From positions 304,281,749 through 304,345,748 of the forward strand of contig NC_085842.1 in NCBI RefSeq assembly GCF_035594765.1: DNA of 64,000 nt, read 5' to 3'. Source of the stretch: Anolis carolinensis (lineage: Eukaryota). Shown one piece after another: positions 32,001 through 45,062 of the stretch (its first letter is position 1; the number at the start of each line of letters is the position of its first letter). The notes below the pieces were generated by a model, which was not told where the DNA came from, searched no databases, and was given only the letters and a program-made list of their open reading frames with translations. Position numbers and translations under genes: made by a program.

Positions 32001-35000
32001 CCTCATTTCCTAAAAGATTGAAAGCAAAAATCTAGCTCCTTTTGGCATTCATGGCATGTATAGGGAATAAGGGCGAAATTTCATCCACCACATGAAATAT
32101 AATTCCAAAGTCCCAGCCTTTCATGTAAAAAATTAAAACTAAATAACAGGTGTTATTGTATCCTAAAATCTTTCATAGGGGAACACCAGGATATATGTGG
32201 CTAAGTAGTTCCAAATTCCTATATAGGTAAAGGTAAAGGTCTTCCCCTGACATTAAGTCCAGCTGTTTCCGACCCTGGGGGTTGGTGCTCATCTCCATTT
32301 CTAAGCTGAAGAGCCAGCATTGGCCATAAGACACCTCCAAGGTCATGTGGCCAGCATGACTGCATGGAGCGCCGTTACCTTCCTGCCGGAGCGGTACCTA
32401 TTGATCTACTCACATTTGCATGTTTTCGAACTGCTAGGTTGGCAGAAGCTGGGGCTAACAGCAGGTGTTCACTCCGCTCCCGGATTTGAACCTGCGACCT
32501 TTAGGTCCGCAAGTTCCGCAGCTCAGCGTTTTAACACTCTGCGGCACTGGGGGGCTCCAAAATTCCTATATAGCAGTCAAGAATCCACTTCAGCAGAAGT
32601 GGGATATAAATTCAGTCAATCAGTAATAACAACAGCATGTGGTCAAGATGGCAAAATTGATTAATGAGAAATAACATACAAGCTTGGAGCCGGGTGACTC
32701 TTCTCCCTTGCTAACTTAACTGACTACAGATTACTCTTACTCTTTGAACTCAGTTTACAACAATTAAAGTGAGCTGTAGGCAAATGAGTAAAAATGAACT
32801 AGGACATTTTTAAGCAGCTGGAAAAGTGGGGACAATAGAGTATTAATTGGTCTATTCCTGCCAAATGAAGATAGTTGGAGAGTATGTTCTAGACCCTACA
32901 AAACCCAAGATATAAGGTAAGACATGGAGACAGTATAGGTAAAGGTAAAGGTTTTCCCCTGATGTTAAGTCCAGTCATGTCTGACTCTGGGGGTTGGTGC
33001 TCATCTCCATTTCTAAGCTGAAGAGCTGTTGTCCGTAGACACCTCCAAGGTAAAGTGGCCGGCATGACTGCATGGAGCGCCGTTACCTTCCTGCTGGAGC
33101 AGTACCTATTGATCTACTCACATTTGCATGTTTTCGAACTGCTAGGTTGGCAGAAGCTGGAGCTAACAGCGGGCGCTCACTCCACTCATGGGATTTGAAC
33201 CTGGGACCTTTCGGTCTGCAAGTTCATCAGCTCAGTGCTTTAACACACTTCACCACCTGGGCTCCTATGGAGACAGTATACTATCCAATTATTTAGTGAG
33301 AAAGGAGCATACTTCTGCTTTTCAGTGTTTTTAGCCAATTCATTATGTCTTTTCATATCAGTCTCTGGCAAAGTTAATTCTAAAGTCATGTGGAGATAGA
33401 TAGGAATCAGACCACAGTAAAACAAAACAATCCAATTTCATGTGACCTCTTGGAAAAGAAATAAAAAGACCTTTTCCAGTGCTTTACTATTTACTTACCA
33501 AAATATTTTTCTTCTCCTGTTGCAGCATAAGCCTTAGCCAGTAACAAAGCTACTGATGCCACTTGTGTGCTGAATTTGTTGTTCATAGCTGTTGAAACTG
33601 AATAGGCCTATCAAGAAAAAATGGACATTGGCAATACAATACATGGCTTTGTAGTGTTACTGTCTTGATTCGTATTTTTAATTTGTTCCCTGAAATATCT
33701 GGCAGCCCATGTTCACATTTATGATGGTGGCACCACACCCATGATCGCACCATAGATGTCAGGTGGCCACACAAACCAAAGGGGTGCTGAAAAACCACAC
33801 ATGCAGATCCCTCCTTCATGTAAGCCATAGTGTAACAAACAATTGCAGTAGGAGCTTTCAGGTGTTCCCACAACTGCATGTCGCACTGTGACTGGTTAAT
33901 GAAAGGAAGTCTCCTTCCGCACCCGGCTCAACAGTGCTTCAGAACAGCTTTGATTGATGTGGCTGCCTGGCTTTTGAGGTGGGTTTTAGGGGGTCAGTTC
34001 AGGATTTTTTTTTTATTTAGTGTCAAAAGCATTGCATAACAAATACATTTTAAAATGACGAAGAAAAGGAAATCACAAGCAACTAAATAGTTTTAGACCA
34101 AAAGCGGGCAACAGCAACCGCATTGTCTGTAGCTTTAAACAACTCCTCCTCCATACATGAGGCAGGACATTGTGGGCAAGCATACATATGCGGAGTTGTT
34201 TGTTCTGCTCCACAGTCACACAAGGTGGAGGATTCCTCCAGGTAGTCTTTAGATCTGCCCACTCCGCTTCTCAGTCTGTTTAGGGACTTCCAAGTTGCCC
34301 ATTCTTGGTTTGCCCCTGGAGGAAGACCCTCATGGGGGGCCATCCAGTTAGAATTGCCAGGTTTAGCTGCCCAGAGGGACACCCTTGCTGCTGCTGGAGG
34401 AACATCAAGAGGAGTGGTGGTTTTCATGAAGCCCTTCCTTGATTTGAGTCTACTGGACGGGGGCTGATAGTCATGCAGTGGATGGCTTTCACAATGTTCG
34501 ACCTTATTTCTCTCACCGTTAGCAGCAACTTCCCGTCGCACGTCAAGAGGGGCAATGCCAGCTAACTTGTAGAGTTTATCAACAGGTGTAGGTTTAAGGC
34601 ATCCTGAGATTGTTCTGCATGTTTCGTTCAGTGCTATGTCCACCTGCTTTGCATGTGCCGACTTGTGCCAGACAGGACAGGCATACTCAGCAGTTGAGAA
34701 AGACAAGGCCAGGGCTGATGTTCTTATTACTTGTGGGTCTGCACCCCATGCACTGCTAGTAAGTTTCCACAGGATGTTGTTGTGTGCAGCTACTTTGTGC
34801 TTGGTGTTCATGCAGTGTTTCTTATATGTTAGTGTTCGATCTAAGGTGACACCAAGATATTTAGGAAATGAATGATAGCTACGCCATTAAAGATGCATGT
34901 CCCATGCAGAATCCTGGGATCTCATCATATGGAAAATTTCCTTTGTTTTTACTGTTTCTAGGGGTATGCAGTTAGGGGGAAAAACCGGTACCATTTTTGT

Positions 35001-38000
35001 TTCTATTTTTGGTCAGCCCCCATTTTGTTTTTCAAGAATTTCCCAAAATCTGGAGGCAGGGAAACACCATTTCTTGTTCCATCAGTCGGACATACCATTT
35101 TCATTTTGGGAAAATCTAGCCCATTGGTGGCAATGGGGTAACTTCTGAGGTTCCTCTTTCTGTCATTTTTAGGGCTATTGGGACAGAAATGGCTACACTT
35201 GAAGGACACATTTATGATTGCAAGCCCCCCAAGCTTCACAAAGTTTGGGCCATCCACTGATTTTTAGGAAATCATTTAAAAAAATTTAATATAAGAGTTC
35301 ACCATAACTTTCTAATTATTAAAAGAACTGTTGTAAAAATGTGCCCATCTCCTTTAGTGTAGGGGCTTAAGTGGAACAATCCTATTGAAAGTGGTGTTTC
35401 AAAAAGGATGCCTGTTTTAAAAAGTGTCCTTGAAATTCTTGAGCTAGAAAGGGGAGGAGGTGATCCTGTGCGATGGGGTGAGTAAATTCTCAATCTTCTT
35501 TAAAAACAAAACCCTATCCTCCCCCCTACCCCCTTTGAAGGATGAAGTTCTTGGTTATAATTGTTGCAATATAGTTTTATATGTTACCACTATAAAGAAT
35601 ACCTGCTGGCTTCAAACAATATACAGTTGACAGAAAGGACAGTTTAGTAGTTACTATATGGGATTGACAATTGGGAGAACAAATCCCAAGATGCTCCTGA
35701 GATGTAAAACTCACTAGGTGACTTTATTTTATATATTTATTTATTTATTTATTAGGGAGTCACTCTCTGGCCCCTTCCACACAGCTGAATAAAATCTCAA
35801 ATTATCTGCTTTGAACCGGAATATAAGGCAATGTGGATGCAGATAACCCAGTTCAAAGCAGATATTGTTGGATTTTCTGCCTTGATATTCTGGGTTATAT
35901 GGCTGTGTGAAAGGGCCCTTTCTCAGACAAGGACTGCAGCATTAGTAAAATACTTAGGCCATCTTCTTAGTCAATCATAAATTTCTATGTAATGCTTATA
36001 TTTTGTAAAGTTCCCTACCTTTAATAAGTACATTATGGCTTCTTCGTGGTTTTTCTGTATTTGTTTGACTTTAGCCATTTCCTGATAAATATCTATCAGT
36101 TCTGGAGACATCTCTCCTCCAGCTGATATTCTAGTTTCAATTGTCCTCTCAAAGTACCTAGCAGCCAATTCTAAGTTGTTACGCTGTAAACTTGCCCTAG
36201 AAAGAAAATTGGATGATTTTTCAAGTAACTTCTAAATAGTTGATTTTGAAAACACAAAACAGATATACTAGAAATTTCACTTGATTCTGCATCTAATGCT
36301 GCACGCTTGGATTATGAAAAACCATAACAGCAGATAGCACTCTTCTTTGCAGCAACGGGAAAATAGTATATAGTGGTTAGATTTGGATAATCTTGGTTTG
36401 GGATTTGGATAATCCAGAGTCTATTCCTCACAGAGGCTCCAACTACAGTGCCATATAATGCATCTTGAAACTGCATTATTATAGTCCGTGTAGTGTCATA
36501 TAATGCAGTTTAGCTGCATTGAAATGCATTGTCATATCATGCAGTTTCAAACTCAGTGACTTTGAACTGGTCACTCTCCCTCAACCTGACTAATACAGGT
36601 TTTTCCATTTTGGAATGAGAACATTCAGTAAATATCCTCACCAGACACATATATTAAAAATACAAAGGACCATGGGAATAATCTGCCAACAAGTACATCT
36701 GCCTGGAAATCCACATGTAAGAACATGCTTCATCTCTCCATGCCAAATGGCTGTTGGGATTGGTGAACAGGAATAAGTATTTGAATGTAACAGCTTGTTA
36801 TTAGAAATCAAATGAAACTACATAAAACAAGAATGTCATGTACCAGAGGCTTACTTTGGATATGGGAATTTCTCCAATGGTTCAAGATGCCTGTAATCTC
36901 AAGTACAAAAATATGAAATGGACGTGACACTAACATCTTGAAATATCTGCACTAGGAGTTCATTAATAGTACATTCATATCTAGCAGAACTAAGTCCCAC
37001 TGGGTTTAATGGTGCTTACTCCAGATAAGTAACTATATAGTTGTTCTTTCAATATCCAGCTGAGCTCTTCTTTGCCAGCTCAGGATCAGGCTGTTGATCT
37101 CCTCCTTACCTGCCCAATGCCATCATAAGATCTCTCTCAGATACTTTAAGTTTAACAGTCTCTGTCCAATCTGGTCCTTGTAATTCTTCCATAACCTGTT
37201 CTGCCTTCTTCAGATTGCAGTAGGATTTTTTCCCAGTGGAAAAGTCAAGGAAACTTAAAAAGTAGCTATACTATTTTTAAAAAATCAAGTGCAAGTGTAT
37301 ATAAAAAAGAGTGATCATGATCTAGACCAGAGGAACTCCAAGGAATGTATAAAAACATCTTAACCCAAAAGTAACTTTGAATGATAGAGCCAAAGAATGA
37401 TTCTCACAGATTGACATGGCGAGTTTCAAAGCTCGGCTGAAGACTTGTTTGAGTTTCTCAAATTCATGTGTACAACCCCATTCCCTGCACTGCAAGGATA
37501 TTTTTTCTGCATCAGGTTTGCTTCACCCAAAGTATAGTAGATGGTGACAAGAGTGCTCAGGATTTCTCCTCTTTCCTCTCTAGAAGTTGGAGGAGCTCTC
37601 TTCTCCATGAAAATAGTATATTTGGCTGCGTTTGCATGTTTCATAGCTTGAATAGGAAGACCTGGACAAATCAACAAAATTACCTTAAAATATTGTGCAG
37701 ACTAGAATACACTTCTATTTTTATACAAAAGGCTTAGTCAAATATTAATGTAAACAAGGGTTGGGAAATTGCTAAAGATCCAGGAGCAACCACTGTTCCA
37801 TTTTCACATACCTTGGGAGGTTGCACCAAGTCACTTCTAATTTGGATTGATCAATCTCACCCCTGAAGACTTATGAGGGCACAGATATCAATTTTGAATC
37901 TGGATTGGGATGGGAGTTCAGGAGGAGCCTGGGAGCTGAACGGAGACCTTGATGGGCAAAATTAATGGTCTTAGGAGAAGAAAAGTATCCCTAAAAACTC

Positions 38001-41000
38001 TTTTGTTGGTAGAATACAAAAAATGTAAGCCTCAAAGAGCTTTGACTTTCAAAGATCTAAAATATTTTGGGCATTGATTATTTGTCTTTTGCATCATCAG
38101 GATCAATTAGGTAAGATCAAGGACCTCTTAGTAGTGGCCACATAGCTGTGGCATTTTTCTTAAATAATAAGTACTTGTGCTCATCCTTTTGGCTTTTAAA
38201 TTAAGCTTTCAATATATTTTTATTCGAGTTAGCCCATTGTTGTTATTGCTATTGTTGTGTGCCTTCAAGTTCTTATTGACATATTGGCAATTTAAGGTAA
38301 CCTTAACATGGAACTGTTTTGGCAAGATTTGTTCAAAAAGGGTGTTTTGTCCAAAGTCACCCAATTGGTTTCTATAGCTGAGTGGGAATTTGAGCCCAGG
38401 ATTCCAGAGTCATAGTCCAATGCGCAGACCACTACAACTTAATTGTTTTAAATTTTGAGGTGAATGCTGTAATTGACTGTGCAATTTTCCAAATTACATT
38501 TCAGTGTTTCCATAATTATGCCTTTTAGGTAAAGGTAAAGATTTTCCCCTGACATTAAGTCCAGTCGTGACCGACTTTGGGGGTTGGTGCTCATCTCAAT
38601 TTCTAAGCCGAAGAGCCGGCGTTGTCTGTTAACACCTTCAAAGGTCATTTGGCTGAAATGACTGCATGGAGTGACGTTACCTTCCCACTGGAGCGGTACA
38701 TATTGATCTACTCACATTTGCATGTTTTTGAACTGCTAGGTTGGCAGAAGCTGAGGCTAACAGTAGGAGCTCATACTGCTCCCCGGATTCAAATTGCCAA
38801 ACTTTTGGTCAGCAAGTTCAGAAGCTCAGTGGTTTAATCTGCTGCGCCACCGGATTAAACCACCAGATTAAAATTCAGAATTTTAATTTTTATGTTTTAT
38901 GATGTATGTAATTCATGTTGTGAGGGCTTTGCGTTGAACCACCCATGGTATTTTTTGCTAGTTATTACAATTCAGCAACTGGATGAAAGGCCAGGAGCTT
39001 CAAGTTGACATTTTGCATGATACCTGAATTATTTGATCACATCTCCTAATGGGAATGCTCAGTGAAAGTTCCCAATACGTGTGAAAGCATTGATTAGCTG
39101 CTTTAACACAAATTGATAATTGAGCAGGGTGACAGGAGGACAAAATCCTCAGGCTGAAAGCTCTCTGTGTCACTGTGATAATAGCAATGATGTTCCTAAA
39201 ATAAGGTATGGATAAAACAAGTTTCCACCAATGGAGTTGGGCTGTGATTCCCATCTGCTCCAGATAACTTATCCAATGACAAGGAATGCTGAGAATTTTA
39301 GTTTGATAACATCTTGGGTTCCTCATTTTGCAAATTCCTGTTTTGAGGACTCACAAATCTATCCGCATTTCCCTTCTTTGTTTGCCATGTCACTGGAGAA
39401 TATGGGAGTTATCAACCAATATACATCAGAAAGTAACAGGCAGGGAAAGCGTGTCTTAAGATGGAAAAAATGTTTTTTGCTGCTTTTTTTGGTGACACAC
39501 AACTATCCTTTCTGTAATAATGGAATTATGAAATGGCCGGTAGGTGGCAGCTTTTCTCCATTTACAAACCGGACCTTAAAACAGGATGTTTCCCATAACT
39601 CTCTGAGCTAGGAAAAGTTGCTCTTTTGCACTTTGTGTGCCTCCAAGTTAATTCTGAGTTATGGCAATCTATCACTGGGTTTTCTTGGCAATGTTTGTTC
39701 AGAGTAGGTTTGCCTCTGCCTTCCTCTGAGGTTGAGAGAGTGTGACTTGCCTGAAGTCACTTGGTACTACAATTCCCATCATTCCAATCCATACCCAAAC
39801 TCTACTTGTTTCCAAGTGAAGGTGTATTACAACATGCCGCAGAGGATGAGAGAGGCAGAGAGTGAAAGCAAACCCTGACAAAATGCAAACAAATTATTGC
39901 TATGTAGGACCTAAGAATGAATTTTGACACCTCTCATTCGATTCTAATCATTGAGAGGTATCAGTTATGTTTTACTAAGCCAGGGAAATACAGCTAAAAT
40001 AGGTCCAGCGTAAACTATATTTCAAAATTTCCCCACCCTACCAGCATGTTCAAGTACTGTACTAGAGTTTATAATTTCAAATGGCTAGATCATCAACTGT
40101 TTCCTTGATACAATTGCTCCAGGGCCCATTGCAGAAGGGAAAATGCTCAGTTTTCGAGTATTTCCACTTCATCCTCAGATACTGAATCTATTCATATTTT
40201 GTTAGTGTAATTTTTAATGTATTTTATGTTTTTATGTTTGTGACATGCAAGATTTAATAGTCATCCTTATCTTTTAGATTCACATTTTAATACATTTGCC
40301 CTATTTTAATTGTTTTGTGTCATAGGCGGGATAAAAATAAAGCAAATAATAAATTAAGACTTTGGATATATCCACACTACACAGTTATAACATTTTGAAA
40401 TCACTTTGACTGGCTGTGTGCTGCAAAAATCTGGGAGTTGCAGTTTTGCTGAGGAAATTAAAAGGGGCTATAGTGTTCAAGGATTAGAGAATACTTTATA
40501 TCTTCCTATTCTAGCCATTGTATTTAAAGTGGAATGAAACTGCTATGCTTGTGCAGTGTAGATACCACATTGGATCTCATCAGTGTATGTTGTATAAGTG
40601 AAGAAATGCATGGGATCAGTCTGCAGTAATTTAAAATGTATTTCACATGTATGTCACATGTATTTTTTCTTCTGCTGTCTATTGTACTTGCTTTCTTATT
40701 AAAGGCATTCATTTATTTTGCTTCTATGCCACACATGCAAAACTCCTCTTGGCCTTATCTGCCTTCATTTGGCTTTTTCTTCAGAAGTTACAACTGATGT
40801 AAGGATCACATTGTATTTACAATGTAAGGATCACATTGTATGTTTTTCCAGCTGCTTTACCTTGGAGCACAAGATAACCATGAGCAAGGTTGGCAAATGC
40901 TTGCCCCAGCCGCCAGTGCCCATTTCCATAGATAATTCGAGTGAGAGCAATACATTGAATTAGTTCTTTGCAGGCATTATGTGCCTGGGGAAAAAGAAAA

Positions 41001-41711
41001 AAAAAGATAATAATACAAATTAGATTTGTTGTGCAAAATAAAACATGTAACTCAGGAAGTTTTCTTTCCCAACTAAGGTCATCATTGCATAATGCTGTTC
41101 TCCCACAGCATTTACACAATCATAGATATGCCTTGCATGGACATTGTGTTTGATCCTGCTCTTTCTTCCACAAACTCAGAACTGTTATTCCTTTTTTTCA
41201 TCTTGATCTCGTATTTTATTCTCACAATGACCTACTGAGGGCCCTTCCAAACAGACACATAAGCTGGAATATCAAGGCAGAAAATCCCACAATATCTGCT
41301 TTGAACTGGACTATCTGAGTCCATACTGCCATATATTCCAGTTCAAAGCAGATATTGTGGAATTTTATTCAGCTGTGTAGAAGAGGCCTCAATCTTGTGG
41401 CTGATTGGATGTTAGACCCCAAATACCTTACCTCTTAAAGATTTAGAAATCACTTGTATCCTCCCTCCCATTCCTTGAGGGAAATCTGAGCAAACGTTAA
41501 AAGCAACCCTTATGATAACACTTCTACATCGATGAACCCATCAGCTTTTATCACTGTGTATACAAAAGGGAAATGTTACCTCTTTTTCTTCAGCAAACCT
41601 TTCTGCCCTTTTCTGTGCTTCCATTAACTTAGCTAGCGGTGTGGCAAATAGCTTGAACTTCATTTCCTCTCCTCCGAAGTTGCCCTTAATTTCATCCATG
41701 GGTTCAATCAT
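29094..41711 (-). CDS. TTC23L: Tetratricopeptide repeat protein 23-like; 3' end ambiguous
   Basis: Exons (minus): 41580-41711 (ATG preceded by in-frame stops), 40861-40984, 37502-37661, 37110-37235, 36019-36196, 33499-33607, 31749-31876, 30648-30797, and 29195 running either to a stop at 29094 or to a donor at 29113 with a possible last exon 28328-28478. Peptides KELIQCIALTRIIYGNGHWRLGQAFANLAHGYL and GLPIQAMKHANAAK match the TTC23 family as recalled. The syntenic position between RAI14 and RAD1 indicates TTC23L. Confidence 0.88.
29887..30208 (+). mobile_element. L2 LINE 3' fragment with a (TTATTC)n tract
   Basis: CCTTTTCATCAGCCACCCTACGACTGTGGAATGACCTGCC...AAAACCCATCTATTCTGGCAGGCCTACCCAG. A related fragment lies at about 63875-64000. 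Confidence 0.65.
31579..31655. mobile_element. 77-bp Tc1/mariner mini-MITE
   Basis: TA|CAGGGTGTTTGAAAAAGAACTCCCTAGTTTTAA ... TTAAAACTAGGGAGTTTTTTTTCAAACACGCTG|TA. Confidence 0.8.
32227..32558 (-). mobile_element. Sauria SINE, full length
   Basis: (AAAGGT)n tail, tRNA-like head, and 14-bp TSD AAATTCCTATATAG (32213-32226, 32560-32573). Confidence 0.9.
32938..33265 (-). mobile_element. Sauria SINE, full length
   Basis: Same family; 14-bp TSD ATGGAGACAGTATA (32924-32937, 33267-33280). Confidence 0.9.
34005..34868 (-). mobile_element. Ingi/Vingi-like non-LTR retrotransposon, 5'-truncated (RT thumb to CCHC finger)
   Basis: Minus strand reads YLGVTLDRTLTYKKH, then the 242-aa ORF with STAEYACPVW, WKSLNRLRSGVGRS and CDCGAEQTTPHMYAC. 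A-rich tail at 34005-34020. Confidence 0.8.
37236..37501 (-). other. U12-type (minor spliceosome) AT-AC intron of TTC23L
   Basis: 5' end ATATCCTTG (37501-37493), branch site TTCCTTGAC (37252-37244), 3' end CCAC (37236). Splicing here keeps the frame (QK-N-GKKSYCNLKKAE). Confidence 0.92.
38527..38852 (-). mobile_element. Sauria SINE
   Basis: Aligns by eye to the 32227 copy along its whole length. Confidence 0.85.
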
Positions 41712-42043
41712 TTCTTATTATGGAGCCTTAAATGTTATAAAATTGGAGTCAACAACTAAGAGTCAACAGACCAAAAATGCCCTTTCTGCAGATGAGCAGC
41801 AGTCACTACTGCAGAGACAGAAAATTGTTATAAGGAGAACTAACAGTTCAGTTGTGGTTTGTGTTAGAGTCAATCATATTTGTATAAATGACTCTCTGAC
41901 AAAACTATCAATTGAGCTGAACTGTACAATCACCACCTTTTAAAAAAAGTATTTGGCTGAAATTAAAATGAAGTCATGCTTCTTTTTTGGAACTGCTGCA
42001 CCACATGCCTAAGATGGAAACAGTGGTGTTACATACCAATGGT

Positions 42044-42314
42044 GGAGTCCCCGGTGGCGCAATGGGTTAAACCCTTGTGCCGGCAGGACTGCTGATTTGA
42101 AGGTTGGGTTGCTGGCCTGAAGGTTGCCAGTTCGAATCCAGAAGAACATGGATGAGCTCCCTCTGTCAGCTCCAGCTCCCATGCGGGTACATGAAAGAAG
42201 CATCCCACAAGGATGGGAAAAACAACAAACATCTAGGCGTCACCTGGGCAATATCCTTGCAGACAGCCAGTTCTCTCACACCAGAAGCAACTTGCAGTTT
42301 CTCAAGTCGCTTCT

Positions 42315-42317
<3 letters not shown>
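42044..42317 (+). mobile_element. tRNA-derived SINE followed by (CA)n
   Basis: A-box-like GGTGGCGCAATGG, B-box AGTTCGAATCC, tail GTCGCTTCTGACAC. CCAATGGTGG is duplicated at about 42036 and 42353. Confidence 0.8.
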
Positions 42318-42351
<34 letters not shown>

Positions 42352-43717
42352 GCCAATGGTGGTGGGCAAAGCCAAGGAACAAGTGGTTGGAATGCTGGCA
42401 GGTGAAACATACAATAGTTGGGCAAAAGAGGTACTTTCAGTGAGATAACCTCACGTGGGAGTATCTTTAAGCCAACCAAAATCATCACCTTCTTACACTC
42501 AAGAAAATCCTGCCACCTTTTCCCAGTAAATGCAATGCCCCCATCCACGTTTTTCTACTCAAGCTCATCCCCTTTGCTCCTCACTCTTCCAAAATTGTCA
42601 CTTTTTTACTCCTCCAAAAACCAGCCACCTTTAAAATTTATTCCCAGTGAATCCATGACCAAATAAGAATTTTAATGTACTGTATGCTGCAGTTTCAAGC
42701 CCAGCACTATGAAACATAATTCTACTGGTTCTCTCAGAAGAGTAGTTCTGATGGAAGTTGGCCATGGAGCCACTCTGAAGGACATAGAGATTTCTAGTGA
42801 AAAAAATTAAATCAAATCCCAGAATAATAAAATCCACAAAGGTCAAACTTGCAAATGTGGAGGGCTGATTATACTGCTCTGGAAGAACCGTTTTTGCACA
42901 TATAAGTAATCTAGATTTGTCTCAATTGGGAAAGGGTAGGTTCTATTGCTATGGTTGGATCATAGCTCAGTGACAAAGCACAAGCTTTGAAAGCAAATGA
43001 TCCACAGTGGAATTATTGGAAAACTCTGTTTAAGGAATGTTGGCAGAAATCTCTGGGCAAGGCCTTGGTTTAGATGGCATTGGACTGGCATTTGGTTGTA
43101 TTAAGGCATGTTGAAGCATATAGTTGATGCACATCTGGTGCTCTGATCTGCCTGCAACTGAAGTTTGCTCCAAAGGCAGAGCAAGGTCCAGCACTTAACA
43201 GTTTTGCTGTCACTTTGAGCTTTTCCATTGTATCTATAGTATCTCTTCTACATCTATAGAAACTGCATGCCCATAATCTCCAAAGTTTGTAAGAACGGTC
43301 ACAATCCCTTTCCTTTTTGCACATCCCCTCTCCTACATTGGATTATGAGGATGGTTTCATCCTGACCCTCTAGTTTTGAAATGGCAGGGTGGAAACTGCT
43401 AGAGCTGTTTACATTAAATATTTACTATGTGAAATGAATAGCAGTTTCAAGAAATGGTTACTATACATGTGAATAGCTAGTTAGTAGCTTTTTTAGCCAT
43501 TTGCGATGTTAGGAACATTTTAATTTTATTCTTGCTCTCCGAACCAGTGTCAGTTTCCTCTCTCAGCATCTTTTCATACCTATGCTCCCTCTTTCTAATA
43601 TACTAAATACAAAAGCTGTTCTTGTAATTGTATCATACCCCAGGGCTGGCAGATGAAAAAAAAACCCTAATTTTTAATTCCCAATAAGGAAATTGGCTCA
43701 CAAGAAGTTCCTCCTAC

Positions 43718-43940
43718 CTCTGCACCAGGCCAGGAACACAGTGAAAAGACCTCTTCCCCTCACTTGCCTTTGGCCTCTGGGAGCCCTTTGTAGGGTTCAC
43801 TTTAACTGGGCACACAAGGCAAAGGGCATCTTGTTCCTTTCCCACAGCGGATTGTTTTGTAGTATTTTTCAAATCCAAGGTCCCATTTCCAAGCTGTAGC
43901 CAGGGTGACAGCTTGTTGCCGGAGTTGTCTTGGTGACAAA
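43718..43940 (-). promoter_or_regulatory. Putative TTC23L promoter/non-coding exon 1 with two RFX X-box-like motifs
   Basis: GTAGCCAGGGTGAC at 43896-43909 and GTTGTCTTGGTGAC at 43924-43937. Minus-strand donor GAG|GTAGGA at 43718/43717. Confidence 0.5.
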
Positions 43941-44290
43941 ATACTTTCCGCACGCTTGAAAGAGGGTGCCTTTCTTTCCTTTGTCACCAGAAGCCATTGA
44001 ACTCAATAGAGCTGGCAGGCTGTCCTCTGTGATGGATCATTAGAACAAAAAAGCAACACTATTTGAGCCATTAAGTCTGTTAGGACCACTTCCAAATCCA
44101 AGCTGTATTTTATCCTCACAAGAATGTTGTAAGGATGTTTGCTTATGGTCTGTCTGTCTTTGTGTACATGCAACTGATATGGTCCAAACACAGCCAGGCA
44201 AACTGCAATTTGGAGAGTAGAAAAAGGTTCAAGCTGAAATTTGATATCCTTGGTATCCAACCTTCTATTGGCACCCCACATTTGTTAATA

Positions 44291-44606
44291 CAGTAGAGTC
44301 TCACTTATCCAAGCTAAACGGGCCGGCAGAACCTTGGATAAGCGAATATCTTGTATAATAAGGAGGGATTAAGGAAAAGCCTATTAAACATCAAATTAGG
44401 TTATGATTTTACAAACCAAAGCTTCATGTTATACAACAAATTTGACAGAAAATGTAGTTCAATACGTAGTAATGTTATGTTGTAATTACCGTATTTATGA
44501 ATTTAGCACCAAAATATCACGATATATTGAAAACATTGACTACAAAAATGCACTGGATAATCCAGAACCTTGGATAAGCGAGTCTTGGATAAGTGAGACT
44601 CTACTG
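44291..44606. mobile_element. Tc1/mariner (Tigger-like) MITE
   Basis: TA|CAGTAGAGTCTCACTTATCCAAG ... CTTGGATAAGTGAGACTCTACTG|TA, with perfect 23-bp TIRs. Confidence 0.9.
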
Positions 44607-44741
44607 TATTACTTTTTGTGGATTTGATTATTTGTGTGTTTTATTTATATGTTCTCTCAAGGAATCTATCTCCTTCGGTGCAGCTCTATTCCATTGGTAG
44701 ATGACTACAAGTATAGTGTTGCCCTGGAAAAATTCCTAGAG

Positions 44742-45062
44742 CACGGCTTCTCAAACTTTTTCTGCTTACAATCCCTTTCTGCCTGAGAATTTTTTATGTG
44801 ACCCCAGGGATATAAAAATTAAACAATTACTGATAACAAATCAGCATCTGCATGGCTTGCTAAATAGGGGTTTTCCTTATTATGGAGTACAGCTGAAGCA
44901 TTTTCTGCAGAGTCCACTGTAAACACTGCATGTTGTTGCTAACACATTAGTGTAAATGCATGATGTTCAGAATCCCTTTACTGTTGCCAAAATTTTCATT
45001 AAATCAACATTGCACTAAAGGGACCCCATTTGGGCTCCGGACCCACAGTTTAAGAAGCAGTG
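44742..45062. mobile_element. hAT (Charlie-like) non-autonomous element
   Basis: TIRs CACGGCTTCTCAAACT and AGTTTAAGAAGCAGTG; flanks TCCTAGAG/CTGTAGAG. Confidence 0.65.

Noticed and set aside
34870-35500. Possible additional transposon adjacent to the Vingi-like element
   Set aside because: The composition looks repeat-like, but I could not identify termini, a TSD or a family by eye.
42044-42140. A-box/B-box sequences as tRNA genes (also the Sauria SINE heads)
   Set aside because: No cloverleaf; they continue into SINE bodies with tails and TSDs.
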